DNA from: an uncultured Methanosarcinaceae archaeon
GTDB lineage: Archaea > Halobacteriota > Methanosarcinia > Methanosarcinales > Methanosarcinaceae
Direction: 5' to 3'
Assembly: GCA_963727895.1 (NCBI GenBank)
Contig: CAVSHT010000008.1
Location: forward strand, 160,001 to 224,000
DNA: 64,000 bases
The notes under the pieces: generated by a model
The model's database searches: none
Seen by the model: only the letters and a program-made list of their open reading frames with translations
What the model was told of the DNA's origin: nothing
Position numbers and translations under genes: made by a program
Part shown: in pieces, positions 23,123 through 34,483 of the stretch
Position numbering within the stretch: position 1 is the stretch's first letter
Layout of the letters: every line of letters begins with the position of its first letter

Positions 23123-24145
23123 TCATTTTACTTTCACAATATTTGTAATTTCGGTTTTGTTAAAAACTTTATTTTCATAATTTTTCAATTCAACAAAAAT
23201 TTCTCTGAGCAGTGCGTTTGCCTTGTTGATATCACTTAGAGACTGACGAAGATAGTCATTCGCTTCTTGCATATCTTCCCTGGTGACATTCGTGCCATTA
23301 TAGATGGAATCTGCCTCATCCTTATTCTCTTGCGCAAATTTTATAACTGAAACGTAACTGGAAACCTTTGTCTCAAGCTCAGATGTGTTAACGCCGGTTT
23401 CTTTCAGATTCAATGTTTTGTTTTCAAGTTTTATAGAGAGATTTTCCGATTCTTCAAGAAATTCTCCAATTTTTTCACTGACAATCTGCCCTGCGCTTGA
23501 AATACTATCTTTTTCAGCATTATTCCAGATTCCACTTACAGACTTGACCACAACCGAAAGCTCCTCCTGGCTTGACGCATTTGCAACTTTAGTCTTTTCA
23601 GTTTCAAGCAATTTTATTTTTTCATCTAAGGCAGTAATTTTTTCTTCCATTCCTTTTCCGTCTGAGTATACCATGTTATCCTTTACATTTGAAAGATGAG
23701 CTACCATATAGCTAATACTAGAACTAAGGTAAATCTTAGTAACATTTAGAGCTTCATCAGAATTAGGGTCAAGTTCTTTTTCACGAATACGATTTCTTAT
23801 AGTGAGGAAATTTTCTTTTGCTACTTTGTACTCTTGCTTATAAAATTGAAGATTTTCCCTTGATTGCTTTCTTTCCTGATTAGACTCAGAAACATTTTTT
23901 CGCCCTTTTTCGCTTAAGTTCTTATGTTCTGATATTGCATAAGATTTAGAATTACTGGCTTCATCTACATTTTCAGTTTTATTTTTGTCCGAACTGAGAA
24001 CATCTTCACGGGTATACTGATTTGAATTGCCATTTCTGTATTCAGAAGAATCTTTCGAAGCGAGTGAGTTTCCCGGAAGTAAACTGAGTACTATGATTAT
24101 AATTGTAAAACAAGCCAGATATAGCACAACTCTGGACTTTTTCAT
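23123..24145 (-). CDS. Secreted coiled-coil hypothetical protein
   Basis: N-terminal signal/TM, long heptad-rich helical body, GGAGG SD. Confidence 0.8.
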   Translation of the reverse strand: MKKSRVVLYLACFTIIIIVLSLLPGNSLASKDSSEYRNGNSNQYTREDVLSSDKNKTENVDEASNSKSYAISEHKNLSEKGRKNVSESNQERKQSRENLQFYKQEYKVAKENFLTIRNRIREKELDPNSDEALNVTKIYLSSSISYMVAHLSNVKDNMVYSDGKGMEEKITALDEKIKLLETEKTKVANASSQEELSVVVKSVSGIWNNAEKDSISSAGQIVSEKIGEFLEESENLSIKLENKTLNLKETGVNTSELETKVSSYVSVIKFAQENKDEADSIYNGTNVTREDMQEANDYLRQSLSDINKANALLREIFVELKNYENKVFNKTEITNIVKVK

Positions 24146-24362
24146 CTGACTGCCTCCTTTTATAAGTTATTATACTGTTATAGGAATTAAGGTAAATATA
24201 AGTATTCTTTCCAAAATGAGTCTTATTAATAAGCAGATTTATTGATTCAAGCTTGATAAGATATTAATTTCCTTGATAAAACTTTATTATACATTTATTT
24301 TTCTTTGACCATCTCTCTAAAGATAAGTAAAAGATTTATGTGAAAAACCCATTTATCATTTC

Positions 24363-25499
24363 GTGAATTTTAGAAAACTCTATAGGTTTGCACTTGTCCT
24401 CTTTCTCTTAATAGTCTTCCAGGGAAATGCAACTGCGGCCACGATTCACGGAACAGTTTATGAGTGGTCTACTTTCAAGCCTCTTAATAATTCAGTTGTA
24501 GAAATTAATTCTACTCCTGAGCAAAATGTTATTGCAAAAGACTCGGAGTATTCTTTCAACCTCACTCCCGGAACCTATGCAATAAATGCTAGCTATATTG
24601 AAGGAAATAGGGTTATCTATATAGCTCAGGATGAGGTTGTGATCTCAAGAGAAGGAGACTATGTACATGACCTCCTTATGTTCCCACCATCCAATGAAGA
24701 GCTTCTTAATCAGGATCAAATGGATGTTCCTAATTTAGATTATGAAGGTGCAGAGCCTGTATCACAACCAAGTTATCAATACACTTTATTAGTTTCTTTC
24801 TTGGCTCTTACAGTCTTACTCTTAGGTGTCTACTTGTTGAAAAAAAGACACGATAAATCGGGAACAGGCCTTGGAACAGTCCTGATTTCAGAAGGGAAAA
24901 AAGAGCCACACCAGTTGGAGCATGAAAACTCTGTAGAAAATGAAATCTCTTATGGAGAGTCTGAAGTTGATTCAGCAGAGACAACGGTTGAAAATTTGGA
25001 ACTTAGCTCTGAACAACCTGATGTAAATTTAGGTTATACTCCTGAAACTGAGAAATCTTTACAGCAGAAAAACAAGTCTACAGCAGAAGTTCAGGACCTT
25101 CAGGAATCTTCTCTCCATGAAAAGATGCCAAATAAATCGATTCATCGAGATAGGGAGCATTCAAAGCTCAATCTTTCTGAGGATTTAAGGGATCTTCTTG
25201 AATCATTACATGAGAAAGAACTGAATAAATCAAGTTCTGAAGCTAAAGAGCATTCAAAGCTCAATCTTCCAGAGGATCTTAAGGATCTTTTAGAACTAAT
25301 TAGAGCTAGTGGAAATCGAATCACTCAGAGGGAACTGCGGAAAAAATCTCCATATTCAGAGTCCAAAGTTAGTCTTATGCTTTCGGACCTTGAAGAGCGT
25401 GGGCTCATTGAAAAATTCAAAAAAGGAAGGGGAAATATAATTCGTATTCCGGATGTACATATAGCAAGACAGAAAAAACAAGAACATAAAAAGGAATAA
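24363..25499 (+). CDS. Membrane-anchored protein with extracellular beta domain and C-terminal winged HTH (COG2512-like)
   Basis: signal peptide, ATIHGTVY...YSFNLTPGTY, TM helix, ITQRELRKKSPYSESKVSLMLSDLEERGLIEKFKKGRGN; internal repeat EHSKLNL.EDL.DLLE x2. Confidence 0.82.
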   Translation: MNFRKLYRFALVLFLLIVFQGNATAATIHGTVYEWSTFKPLNNSVVEINSTPEQNVIAKDSEYSFNLTPGTYAINASYIEGNRVIYIAQDEVVISREGDYVHDLLMFPPSNEELLNQDQMDVPNLDYEGAEPVSQPSYQYTLLVSFLALTVLLLGVYLLKKRHDKSGTGLGTVLISEGKKEPHQLEHENSVENEISYGESEVDSAETTVENLELSSEQPDVNLGYTPETEKSLQQKNKSTAEVQDLQESSLHEKMPNKSIHRDREHSKLNLSEDLRDLLESLHEKELNKSSSEAKEHSKLNLPEDLKDLLELIRASGNRITQRELRKKSPYSESKVSLMLSDLEERGLIEKFKKGRGNIIRIPDVHIARQKKQEHKKE

Positions 25500-25898
25500 A
25501 GAAATATGTGGTTACAGCATAAGTTCTTTTTTATAGATTATTAAACAGTAAATTATATAACTTAATTCATCTACTAAGCAACAGAAAGGATTAACAATGT
25601 TTGGAGTACGCGATATAGTAGAATACCCTTTTTGATCTCTTATACAGAGGGATTGCTTATTGGATACAAATTTGTTAATAGTAAATCATAGTAACAGTAA
25701 CATTGCTTGCGAGAATTATTTGAAACCAGATCATATATTAGGATAGATTATCAGGTTTGAGAGTCGATATGGCTGGATTGAAACCTGATATTCTGATATA
25801 CCACTCACCCTGACAGTAAGCTGCTGGATGTAGAATCGATAGATCTATAAATTGTTTAAAACTGCACAACAGATTCTAACAAATATGCGAGGGACAAC

Positions 25899-26402
25899 AT
25901 GCGAGTTTCCATGGACATTGAATTGAAAGATGTACCCGGGCAGATGCTTTTAGCCCTCCAACCTCTTTCAGAATTCAAAGCTAATCTGATAACAGTAGTA
26001 CATCTTCATCAGAAAAGAACACCCAGAAAAACAGTTCCTGTAAAACTTGTACTTGAAACAAGGCCTGAAAGCATTGAAAAAATAAAGGCCAAACTTGAAG
26101 AAAACGGTATTAGAGTTGTAAGAGTTGGTGAACACCGTTTCAGAGAAAGCATAAACGTAGTTCTAATAGGACATGTGGTACATACCGGAATCCAGGATAC
26201 AATTGATGAGATTGATAAAACGGGATTTGCTGAAGTTGTGGATCTTTCCCTCTCTATGCCTGGTATAAATATGCTTTCTTCAGCCCTTATAAAAATCAAC
26301 GCTGTCGGTAAAGAGGATTTACAAAATGCACTTGCAATTCTTAAAGATGTCTCGACAAAAAAAGATCTGCTTATGGTTCTTCCCATTGATATCCAGGCCT
26401 GA
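25899..26402 (+). CDS. ACT-domain allosteric partner of homoserine dehydrogenase
   Basis: IELKDVPGQML ACT motif; immediately upstream of hom. Confidence 0.88.
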   Translation: MRVSMDIELKDVPGQMLLALQPLSEFKANLITVVHLHQKRTPRKTVPVKLVLETRPESIEKIKAKLEENGIRVVRVGEHRFRESINVVLIGHVVHTGIQDTIDEIDKTGFAEVVDLSLSMPGINMLSSALIKINAVGKEDLQNALAILKDVSTKKDLLMVLPIDIQA

Positions 26403-26428
26403 AAAATAGATTTAGGAGATTTGAAAAC

Positions 26429-27424
26429 ATGAAAACAGTGTACTGTTCCATTCTCGGTTTCGGTGCAATCGGACAGGGTGTGGCCGAAGTACTTCTTATG
26501 AAAAAAGAGTATTTGGAAAGTATCGGGCTGGAAGTTAAAGTGGTTGCTGTTGTTGACTCAAAGGGCGCAACTGTTAGTTCTGAAGGCGTAGACCTTGCTG
26601 ACTGCCTTTCAAGGAAGAAAACCAATGGAACAATAGCCCTCGAAAAGATATCTGGAGTTGAGGTTATTAAATCCATAGCCCATGATTTAGTAATCGAGAC
26701 CACCCCAACAAATATACAAAACGGCGGAGCAGGTCTGCAAAATATGTTTGCAGCTTTCCAAACTGGAAAAGATGTTATTACTTCCAATAAAGGACCTTTG
26801 ACTCTTAAGTACAGGGAACTCGTGGAAACCGCAAAAGAAGCAGGGGCACATTTCAGGTTCGAAGCAACTGTTGGAGGTTCAATGCCTATTATCAATTTGG
26901 CAAATGAAGTACTTGCGGGAAATAAGGTTAAAAGTATCAAAGGAATTTTGAATGGTACCTGTAATTATATCTTGACGAGAATGCTGGAGGAAAGGGCAAG
27001 CTACAATGATATTCTTGCCGAATCCATGCAGCTTGGTATCGCTGAAACCGACCCCACGTATGATGTGGAAGGAATTGATACGGCCTGCAAGCTTGTCATT
27101 CTTGCCAATTCAATTTTCGGACTTGATGTTTCCTATAATAACGTTGAAGTTACAGGAATCACAAAAGTCACACCTGAAGCCCTTGAGATGGCTTATGAAA
27201 AAGGGCATGTAATAAAATTAATAGGGGAAGTCAGCAGGGAAAGAATTCATGTAGCTCCCAGACTTGTACCCATTAACCATCCACTTGCAGTTGGAGGAAC
27301 TTTGAATGTGGCGTCGGTAGACACCGAACTTGCAGGAGAAATCACAGTTACAGGTAAGGGTGCAGGTCCGATTGAAACTGCAAGTTCAATTCTCAGTGAT
27401 CTGATTGCAATTTACGGGAACTAA
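26429..27424 (+). CDS. hom: Homoserine dehydrogenase
   Basis: GFGAIG, TSNKGPL, FEATVGGSMP, GILNGTCNYIL, DVEGIDTACK. Confidence 0.96.
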   Translation: MKTVYCSILGFGAIGQGVAEVLLMKKEYLESIGLEVKVVAVVDSKGATVSSEGVDLADCLSRKKTNGTIALEKISGVEVIKSIAHDLVIETTPTNIQNGGAGLQNMFAAFQTGKDVITSNKGPLTLKYRELVETAKEAGAHFRFEATVGGSMPIINLANEVLAGNKVKSIKGILNGTCNYILTRMLEERASYNDILAESMQLGIAETDPTYDVEGIDTACKLVILANSIFGLDVSYNNVEVTGITKVTPEALEMAYEKGHVIKLIGEVSRERIHVAPRLVPINHPLAVGGTLNVASVDTELAGEITVTGKGAGPIETASSILSDLIAIYGN

Positions 27425-27481
27425 TTGTTTAAGAATTCATGTAATGCCTGAATTCAGAAAAAATAAAATTAAAAAGCTGCG

Positions 27482-29194
27482 TTGATCATGACAAGCTTCA
27501 GGGAATTTTCAGAAACCTGCCAGGCAATTGAAAAAATCTCAAGTACTATTGATACTACAAACCGGGTTGTGGACCTTCTTAAACAAGTTGATATGGAAGA
27601 GTTGCCCATTGCAACTCATTTTATTATGAGTGAGGTTTTTCCTGCCTGGAGCGGAGAGCAATTAGGGATTGGAACGAGTCTACTGTATGTTGCGCTCTCC
27701 AAAGCCTCGGGAATGCATATAAAAAGTATAGAATCTCTTATTCGGACTACAGGAGATATTGGCGACACAGCTCTTCTTATCCTTAAAGAAAAAACGAAAA
27801 ATCAGGTTACTTTTTCTTCTTTTTTTGAAGAACAACCAGAACTCTCAATAGCCGAAGTTTACAACCGTTTTAAGATCGCCTCAGAAGCCTCAGGAAAAGG
27901 TTCTCAGGACATTAAGATTAAAAATCTTCAGTTTCTCTTTAATTCCTCTACCCCTAGAGAGGCAAAATATATATCGAGGCTTGCGCTTGAAGAACTCCGA
28001 ATAGGAGTTGGAGAGGGGGTTGTAAGAGATGCAATTGCAAAAGCTTTTTCCGTTCCTACAGAAAAAGTTGAACATGCCTTTATGGTCACAAACGACCTTG
28101 GAATAGTTGCTGCAACTGCCAAAGAAGGTGGAATGGAAGCCCTGGAGCGCCTCGGAATTGAAATAAACCGCCCGATTAAGATGATGCTTTCACAAATCAG
28201 CTCTGACATAGATGCTGACATCAGAGAAATGAAAGAAGTCGCAGTTGAATGGAAATTTGATGGAGCAAGAGTTCAGATACATAAGTCTGGTGATTCAGTA
28301 TCTATTTTTTCACGTAAGCTTGAAAACGTTACAAATTCTCTTCCTGACCTTGTGGAAATTGTGCGCAAACATGTAAAGGCGGACTCGGTAATTCTTGACG
28401 GGGAAGCTGTTGCAGTAGACGAAAAGGGTAAGCCCAAAGCATTTCAGGAGATCCTTAAACGTTTCCGTCGCAAGTATGATATCGAAGAAAAAGCCCTTGG
28501 TATTCCTATCCAGCTCAACCTTTTTGACATCATGTACTTAAACGGCAGGACTCTAATTGATTTTCCTCTACTTGAGCGGCGAAAATCACTTGAATCCTGT
28601 GTTGAAAGTTCAACTGAAGATTCAAAATCCATCTGCGTAGACAAACAGGTGATCACTGGAGACCTTGAAGTTATCGATCAGATTTACAGAGAAGCTTTAA
28701 AAGCCGGGCATGAGGGTGTCATGATCAAAAATCCAAATTCGTTTTATTCTCCTGGTAAACGCGGCAAAAACTGGCTGAAGAAAAAACCTCTTATGGAGAC
28801 TCTTGATCTTGTAGTGGTTGGAGCTGAATGGGGATTTGGCAGGCGTGCAAACCTCATAGGTTCCTACACGGTTGCCTGTTATGACCCAGAAACCTTGCGT
28901 TTTCTTCAGGTAGGCAAGGTGGGTACAGGTCTGACCGACGATCAGCTAAAAGAACTCACAGAGATGCTTTCAGGACTCATGGAAGGCGGAGAAGCAGGCG
29001 GAGTATTTGCAATCCGACCGGAAATAGTCCTGGAAATTGCTTTTGAGGAAATTCAGAAGAGCCCCAATTATGACTCTGGCTTTGCATTGCGTTTCCCGCG
29101 CTTTATCCGCATCCGAGACGATAAAGATCCTGAAGAAGCCGATACAATCCAGCGGATAGGGAAAGTATACAGTCAACAATTGAAAAGACTATAG
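27482..29194 (+). CDS. lig: ATP-dependent DNA ligase
   Basis: [37 protein letters not shown]. Confidence 0.97.
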   Translation: MIMTSFREFSETCQAIEKISSTIDTTNRVVDLLKQVDMEELPIATHFIMSEVFPAWSGEQLGIGTSLLYVALSKASGMHIKSIESLIRTTGDIGDTALLILKEKTKNQVTFSSFFEEQPELSIAEVYNRFKIASEASGKGSQDIKIKNLQFLFNSSTPREAKYISRLALEELRIGVGEGVVRDAIAKAFSVPTEKVEHAFMVTNDLGIVAATAKEGGMEALERLGIEINRPIKMMLSQISSDIDADIREMKEVAVEWKFDGARVQIHKSGDSVSIFSRKLENVTNSLPDLVEIVRKHVKADSVILDGEAVAVDEKGKPKAFQEILKRFRRKYDIEEKALGIPIQLNLFDIMYLNGRTLIDFPLLERRKSLESCVESSTEDSKSICVDKQVITGDLEVIDQIYREALKAGHEGVMIKNPNSFYSPGKRGKNWLKKKPLMETLDLVVVGAEWGFGRRANLIGSYTVACYDPETLRFLQVGKVGTGLTDDQLKELTEMLSGLMEGGEAGGVFAIRPEIVLEIAFEEIQKSPNYDSGFALRFPRFIRIRDDKDPEEADTIQRIGKVYSQQLKRL

Positions 29195-29610
29195 TCGGTT
29201 GGAGTGACTGCCTTTTTCTTTTTGCGGCAATCACATAACTTTCTAAGTATCCTTTATAATACAATTTAAATCTTTTATCTTGTTTAGCTAAATAGAGATA
29301 TTTTCTTTTTCTGGAAAATCCGGCATTCATTAAAGCTCCTTTATCAAACATCAAAACTGTCATTGAAAATGCTGAAGTGTCAGGGTTTAAATTGACAGAA
29401 AAATTTTGACCTCATTTTTAACAAACAATCTGAATATTCTTCTCTTCACTAAGTAAAAAATCAGCAAAATGAACACCAACATACGTGTGCCTCAACAGAA
29501 AATAAAAGGATATTGTATAAGACAAATTCAATATGAGATAAAAAAATCTGTGGATACGGCGACAGAAAATGAATGCCTTTTGAGTTGTAAAATTGAATAT
29601 TGTAAAATTC

Positions 29611-30656
29611 GGCAGTGTAGCGAAAGTTCTGTAAATTCTAAATGCAACCTAACAATTTGGCCCAAATGTTAGGTTTTTAGTTGAAAAACTCAGAAAAACT
29701 TTTGTTTTTGACTGGAAAAAAGAAGGAAAACATAACAATTTCAATAAAGTGTCGTTTTCCTAAGTACAGAGATTTTACAATAAAACCTGTGCATCGAATA
29801 AACTACAAAAATACAAAAATTTTACCATAAAACCTATGTATAAAATATGAAGCGAATTTTGCAGAAGGTTTAAAACACTGCCGGATATGCAAAATTATCC
29901 ATATTTTCTTTTAAATAATTAGATATGTAAGGAAGAAAAGGGCTTATTACCCCTACACAATCCTTTGCAGCTTGCATAAACGATTTAAATGCATTAATGT
30001 ATCTAGGAGTTCCTTTTGTTTTTTCCAAATCATCAACAGATGACAACAATTCTTTTGTATCCTCAATACTTACTTCTTTTGAAATGTATTTTCTCAATTA
30101 TTCGAATACATTTTCGTCATTGATTCCACTTATGGAAACATTTATCAAATTATCATTTGAGTTTATAGTCACAGGGGAGTTATTCCCACTAACATGAATA
30201 GTGTGTCCTGAATCCTGAGATTTTGATTCCTTGTTGTTTTTTAGTACTTTTTTTACATCTATCTGATAATGAGGTTCGGTACAAAAAATGCTTTTACCAT
30301 AGTATCTTGGATTGATTACCTCATAAACTTCCTGTTTTCCATGTGGAAGGGTTCTTGTGAACTGATCTCCTTCGTCTACAGGTATTGAAGTGTCAGGAAG
30401 AAGTATAAAATCGTCTTGTAAATGAACATTGATATTATCATATTTTTCCCCGGTTGTTTTTTACAAACACACTTTCTCATTACACATATGATTAAAGCTC
30501 ATAAATTGTCACTAACCCATTAATATTAAAATGTATAAAAGTTGTCTTTTTATTAAATATTAATGGGTTTACTCGATTGTGAACTTATTAAACTAAAGTG
30601 TTAAGTTGTATTTAGGCATTTAAATTTAGAATTTACAGAACTTTCAGGACATTACC
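29611..30656. mobile_element. Transposase-less cassette with 33-bp TIRs, 8-bp TSD and passenger gene (mobile insertion cassette-like)
   Basis: left GGCAGTGTAGCGAAAGTTCTGTAAATTCTAAAT, right (revcomp) GGTAATGTCCTGAAAGTTCTGTAAATTCTAAAT; TAAAATTC at 29603-29610 and 30657-30664. Confidence 0.9.
29870..30487 (-). pseudogene. Passenger hypothetical gene (~205 codons) with two in-frame TAA
   Basis: single frame MCNEKVCL*KTTGEKYDNINVHLQDDFILLPDTSIPVDEGDQFTRTLPHGKQEVYEVINPRYY...PHYQIDVKK...VFE*LRKYIS...ISPFLPY. Confidence 0.78.
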
Positions 30657-30716
30657 TAAAATTCACTCAGAAGCGAATTTATATGGCAATTATGCCTTAT
30701 GACAAGTTTTTTCAAA

Positions 30717-31346
30717 TCAAATATACTTGAACAGGTCATCCCTTTTCATTTCGTGCAGCCTGTCCCGAAGTAAACCTTTTAAAGCTTTCATATCTCCTTT
30801 TTTGGCACTGGTAGGAGCTATAATATGCTTCCAGTTCTGCCAGGGAGGTTCAAGTCCGAGACGAGCTGTGATCTCGTCAAGAAGAGGGTAGTAATCGTTT
30901 TCTTTTACTTTATCCATCTTGTTTGCGGCAATAATAGTGTCAATCCCGACTTCCCTAAGGAAATCAAACATCTCAATATCTATTGGAATCTGATCCCTTG
31001 AGTCCCAACGGTCTATTATCGATGGGAAAACCGGACCGTCTATTACAAGTATTCCGAGCTTGATCCTTTCAGCATTATCCTCTATGTAATGCACAGTCTT
31101 GTCTTTTACGATATCCTGTTTTCGGTCTTTTACTCCGCTCATAAAACCGAAACCAGGCATATCCGTGATAAGCATATCCGAGACTTGAGCATGTATCGGG
31201 CGCAGGGTAACTCCAGGGCGTTTTCCAACCCTTACTTTTGCCCCGAATAACTCTCGAAGTATGGAAGATTTTCCTACATTTGAGCGTCCTACGAAGATGA
31301 TCTCAAAGCTTACCCCGCTTTCAGATGCAGTTTTACTTGTTTCCAT
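30717..31346 (-). CDS. engB: GTP-binding protein EngB
   Basis: GRSNVGKSS, RPGVT, DMPGFG, NKMD. Confidence 0.94.
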   Translation of the reverse strand: METSKTASESGVSFEIIFVGRSNVGKSSILRELFGAKVRVGKRPGVTLRPIHAQVSDMLITDMPGFGFMSGVKDRKQDIVKDKTVHYIEDNAERIKLGILVIDGPVFPSIIDRWDSRDQIPIDIEMFDFLREVGIDTIIAANKMDKVKENDYYPLLDEITARLGLEPPWQNWKHIIAPTSAKKGDMKALKGLLRDRLHEMKRDDLFKYI

Positions 31347-31673
31347 TGTTTTTACCTTTTCTTGCTTTCCTCAGTATTCTATCAAGAACCCAGAGATTTC
31401 AAAGATAATGAATATTCCGATCATAAATTCTTTTTCTTTCATTGTATCTTTGCTTAATTTTTCCCAGAATTTATATCTGTTATTTCAAAGGTAAAAACGA
31501 TTATTCACAATCATTTACTGCAGACAAGAAAAAATATTTTTCTGCCACTGGTGAACCCATAATAAATCATCCTTTACCAATTATACAACATCCATAGTTG
31601 AACTGGGATATCAATAGTATTAAATAGTAAATATTTAGATCTTAATAATTTTGATAAGAATATTGTTAAATAT

Positions 31674-33151
31674 TTAAATTCCAATAATTTTTACAAGAGT
31701 ATTCTTGACTCCAAATAAATATCTTTTAAATAAGGAGATTTCATGGTCATTAAAACCTCTTAATAGAAACATTACAAATAGATAGACAAATAAACCTTCT
31801 GCTATCGCCTCAAATAGATTATGGATGTTTATGATCTCCAAATGGGAGATAAAGAGAAACATGGCCAATGATGATAAAACACTTTTCATGACATCATAAA
31901 AATAAAATTCATGTTTAAAATACTTTAGAGACATCTGTATGCAGAGAATAGCCATAAGGAAATATGAGACTAGAGTTGAAAGGGCAGCTCCAACAATACC
32001 TACTGAAGGTATGATGAAAAAGTTGAGCAATAAGTTCAAAACTGCCGCAGAAATATTGATATAAGTTTGTGCTTTTGTCTTTTTGACAATAAATAGTGTA
32101 TTGATGAAAATTTGAACGACCCCCGCTAGAAGGCCAGAAAAAGCTATAACAGGGATTACAGCCCAACCAGAAATAAAATCTTCAGTTGTAAAAATTCCAA
32201 GCAAAGGTTTTGCAATAGCGGCAAGCCCAAAAACAGCAGGGATAGAAACAAAAAGGAAATACCTTAAAGAATAAGACATATAAGTTGTTAATTCGTCAAT
32301 TTTATGTTCATCGTACAATTTTGCGAGTTCTGGAAGAAGAATAAGCTGAAGAGGACTTACAAAAAGTTGTATAAGGTTACCTATAGAACAAGCTGCTGAA
32401 TATACACCCACGCTTCCAAGACCGAGGAAGTATGTAACCAAGTATCTATCACTTGATTCCGTAACCCATCTTATAATAGCGTTGGGAGTTAGAGGTAACG
32501 AAAATTGCAGATATTCTTTTATATAAATAAATCGAGGAATAAAAAATCCTATCTGTGATATGATCATCAGAAAAGCAATTAAAATAATGAGGCCTTGTAC
32601 CAGTAATGTAGCTGCTATCACACCAAGAAGTCCGTATCCCATTTTGAGGAGAACAAGAATAAAAAATAGTTTCCCAAAGGCTTCAAAAAGGGTAAAATAG
32701 GAATACTTCTTGATCTGTCTAAACACTCTGAAATAAAAAAGCGATACAGGTTCAAGTACACTTAAAAGAATCAAAAGAGAGCCTGCCTGAATATAATAGG
32801 CTGCTCCAGGATCTTTGAACCCAAATGTAGCAAGAGGTTTTGCAAATATATACAACAAAAATGAAGCAAGAAAGCCGGATCCAGTTACAAAAAAAGGATT
32901 GAATACACTGATTCCCTTATTTTTTTTATGTCCTTTTCAGAAGATAAAAATCTGATAAGACCCATCGAAAGGCCCATAAGCGCAAATGGAGAAATTAAAG
33001 ACACAGTGATATTAATCTGGGCCCAGAGACCGTAATAATATGTTCCAAGGCTTTTTGTGATAATTGGAAGAAGAAAAAAAGTACTTAAGCTCGTAAGTAC
33101 CTGAACTATCCCAATAAAACTAACATCTTTTGCAAATTTATGATATGCCAT
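31674..33151 (-). pseudogene. Polysaccharide-biosynthesis (MOP/Wzx-like) flippase, frameshifted in a T-run near 32890
   Basis: ORFs 32885-33151 and 31674-32858 rejoin if one T is added; SDRYLV..FLG..VGVYSAA motif. Confidence 0.8.
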
Positions 33152-33561
33152 GGACCAACCTTATAGAAAATTTTGTTTTTAAAAATTATAATTGAAAAAC
33201 TTATGAAAATAGTTTTACAAAAATTATTCCTTAAATTTAATCCCATTCTTAATCAACCTGATATTTAAATCCTTTTAAAATCCAAAAATTTGTAAATTAT
33301 TTAAAAGTGTTTCTTGAAAATTAAAGAATCAATCCCAAAATCTTGTTTCTTCTTAAATCAATAAAATCTTTAGATATATATTCAAAGAAAAGAAACCTGG
33401 TTGATCTCTCAAATTTAAGATTTAGAAAACCAATTTTAAGTTTTAGGATTATCTTTATGAAATTATTTTTATAAAAAGGATAAAAATATTAATTTCAAAA
33501 GAAAAAAATAGAAAATATATCCTTAAAGATAAAGAAAATAGGAATTATCTAAAAATGAAGA

Positions 33562-34230
33562 TCAGGTTTCAAGCTCATGAAATTGATGATCGTTCAGATC
33601 TTTTTGCCTGATTCTTTCTCTGAGAAGGTCGAGAACTTCTTCGTCTGAGACATCGTACCATCTCTCGTAAGCCTCGGAGACAGCCCTAAAATATGCAGGA
33701 ATCTCTAATACGACAAGTTCATCTACTCTTTTTCGAATTTCGTCCGCGACATCTTTTCCTGCTACAGGTACTGCAACCACTATTTTTCTTGCTTTTCTGT
33801 TTTTGCAAAGTTCAATGGATGCCCGCATTGTTGAACCCATTGCGATGCCATCGTCAATTAGAATTACAGTTCTGTCTGCGATCTCAGGTAGAGAATTACC
33901 TCCTCTGAGAATTTTCATGCGCCTATCAATCTCACTAATCTGCTGTTCTTTAATCTTTTCAATGGTTTCTCCTGCAAGCCAATAGTGCGCATTTTCAAGA
34001 ATAAATGTGCTTCCGTTCTCGGCTATTGCCCCAAATCCGGCTTCAGGGTTATCAGGAAAAGGCAGTTTCCTGGTAATAATAAGGGAAAAATCAGCGTTTA
34101 GCCTCTTTGCAACCTGAAGTCCCACTTCTACTCCCCCACGCGGAATAGCCAGAATAATAGGATTTTCGGCTCTATATTTCTCAAGAGCTTCTGCTAGTTT
34201 TTCTCCTGCATCTTTACGATTTCTGAACAT
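33562..34230 (-). CDS. Phosphoribosyltransferase-family protein
   Basis: MFRNRKDAG, AIPRGG, VILIDDGIAMGST. Confidence 0.9.
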   Translation of the reverse strand: MFRNRKDAGEKLAEALEKYRAENPIILAIPRGGVEVGLQVAKRLNADFSLIITRKLPFPDNPEAGFGAIAENGSTFILENAHYWLAGETIEKIKEQQISEIDRRMKILRGGNSLPEIADRTVILIDDGIAMGSTMRASIELCKNRKARKIVVAVPVAGKDVADEIRKRVDELVVLEIPAYFRAVSEAYERWYDVSDEEVLDLLRERIRQKDLNDHQFHELET

Positions 34231-34483
34231 AGATCCACCTTATACTGAAAAACACTCCTTTCTGTACAAATGCCAAAATCAAATTATCTTCATTGACTAT
34301 CTATGAATCTCAACTGAAGAGCCTGAAGAAAGAGTCTTTTTAGGCAAATAGAATTTCAAACTTTTTCATAGCAGTTATTTTACAGTCATTTATTAATTAT
34401 CAAGCGGCATGAGGATATAATTTTGGAAGCAATATTCTGAATATTTGTTTCTGATCAGAATACTCTAGGGATATAATTTTTTT

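Noticed and set aside
29378..29610. CAGGGTTTAAATTGACAG as another IS end and ORF 29469-29672
   Set aside because: No partner repeat or TSD found; the ORF crosses the cassette boundary
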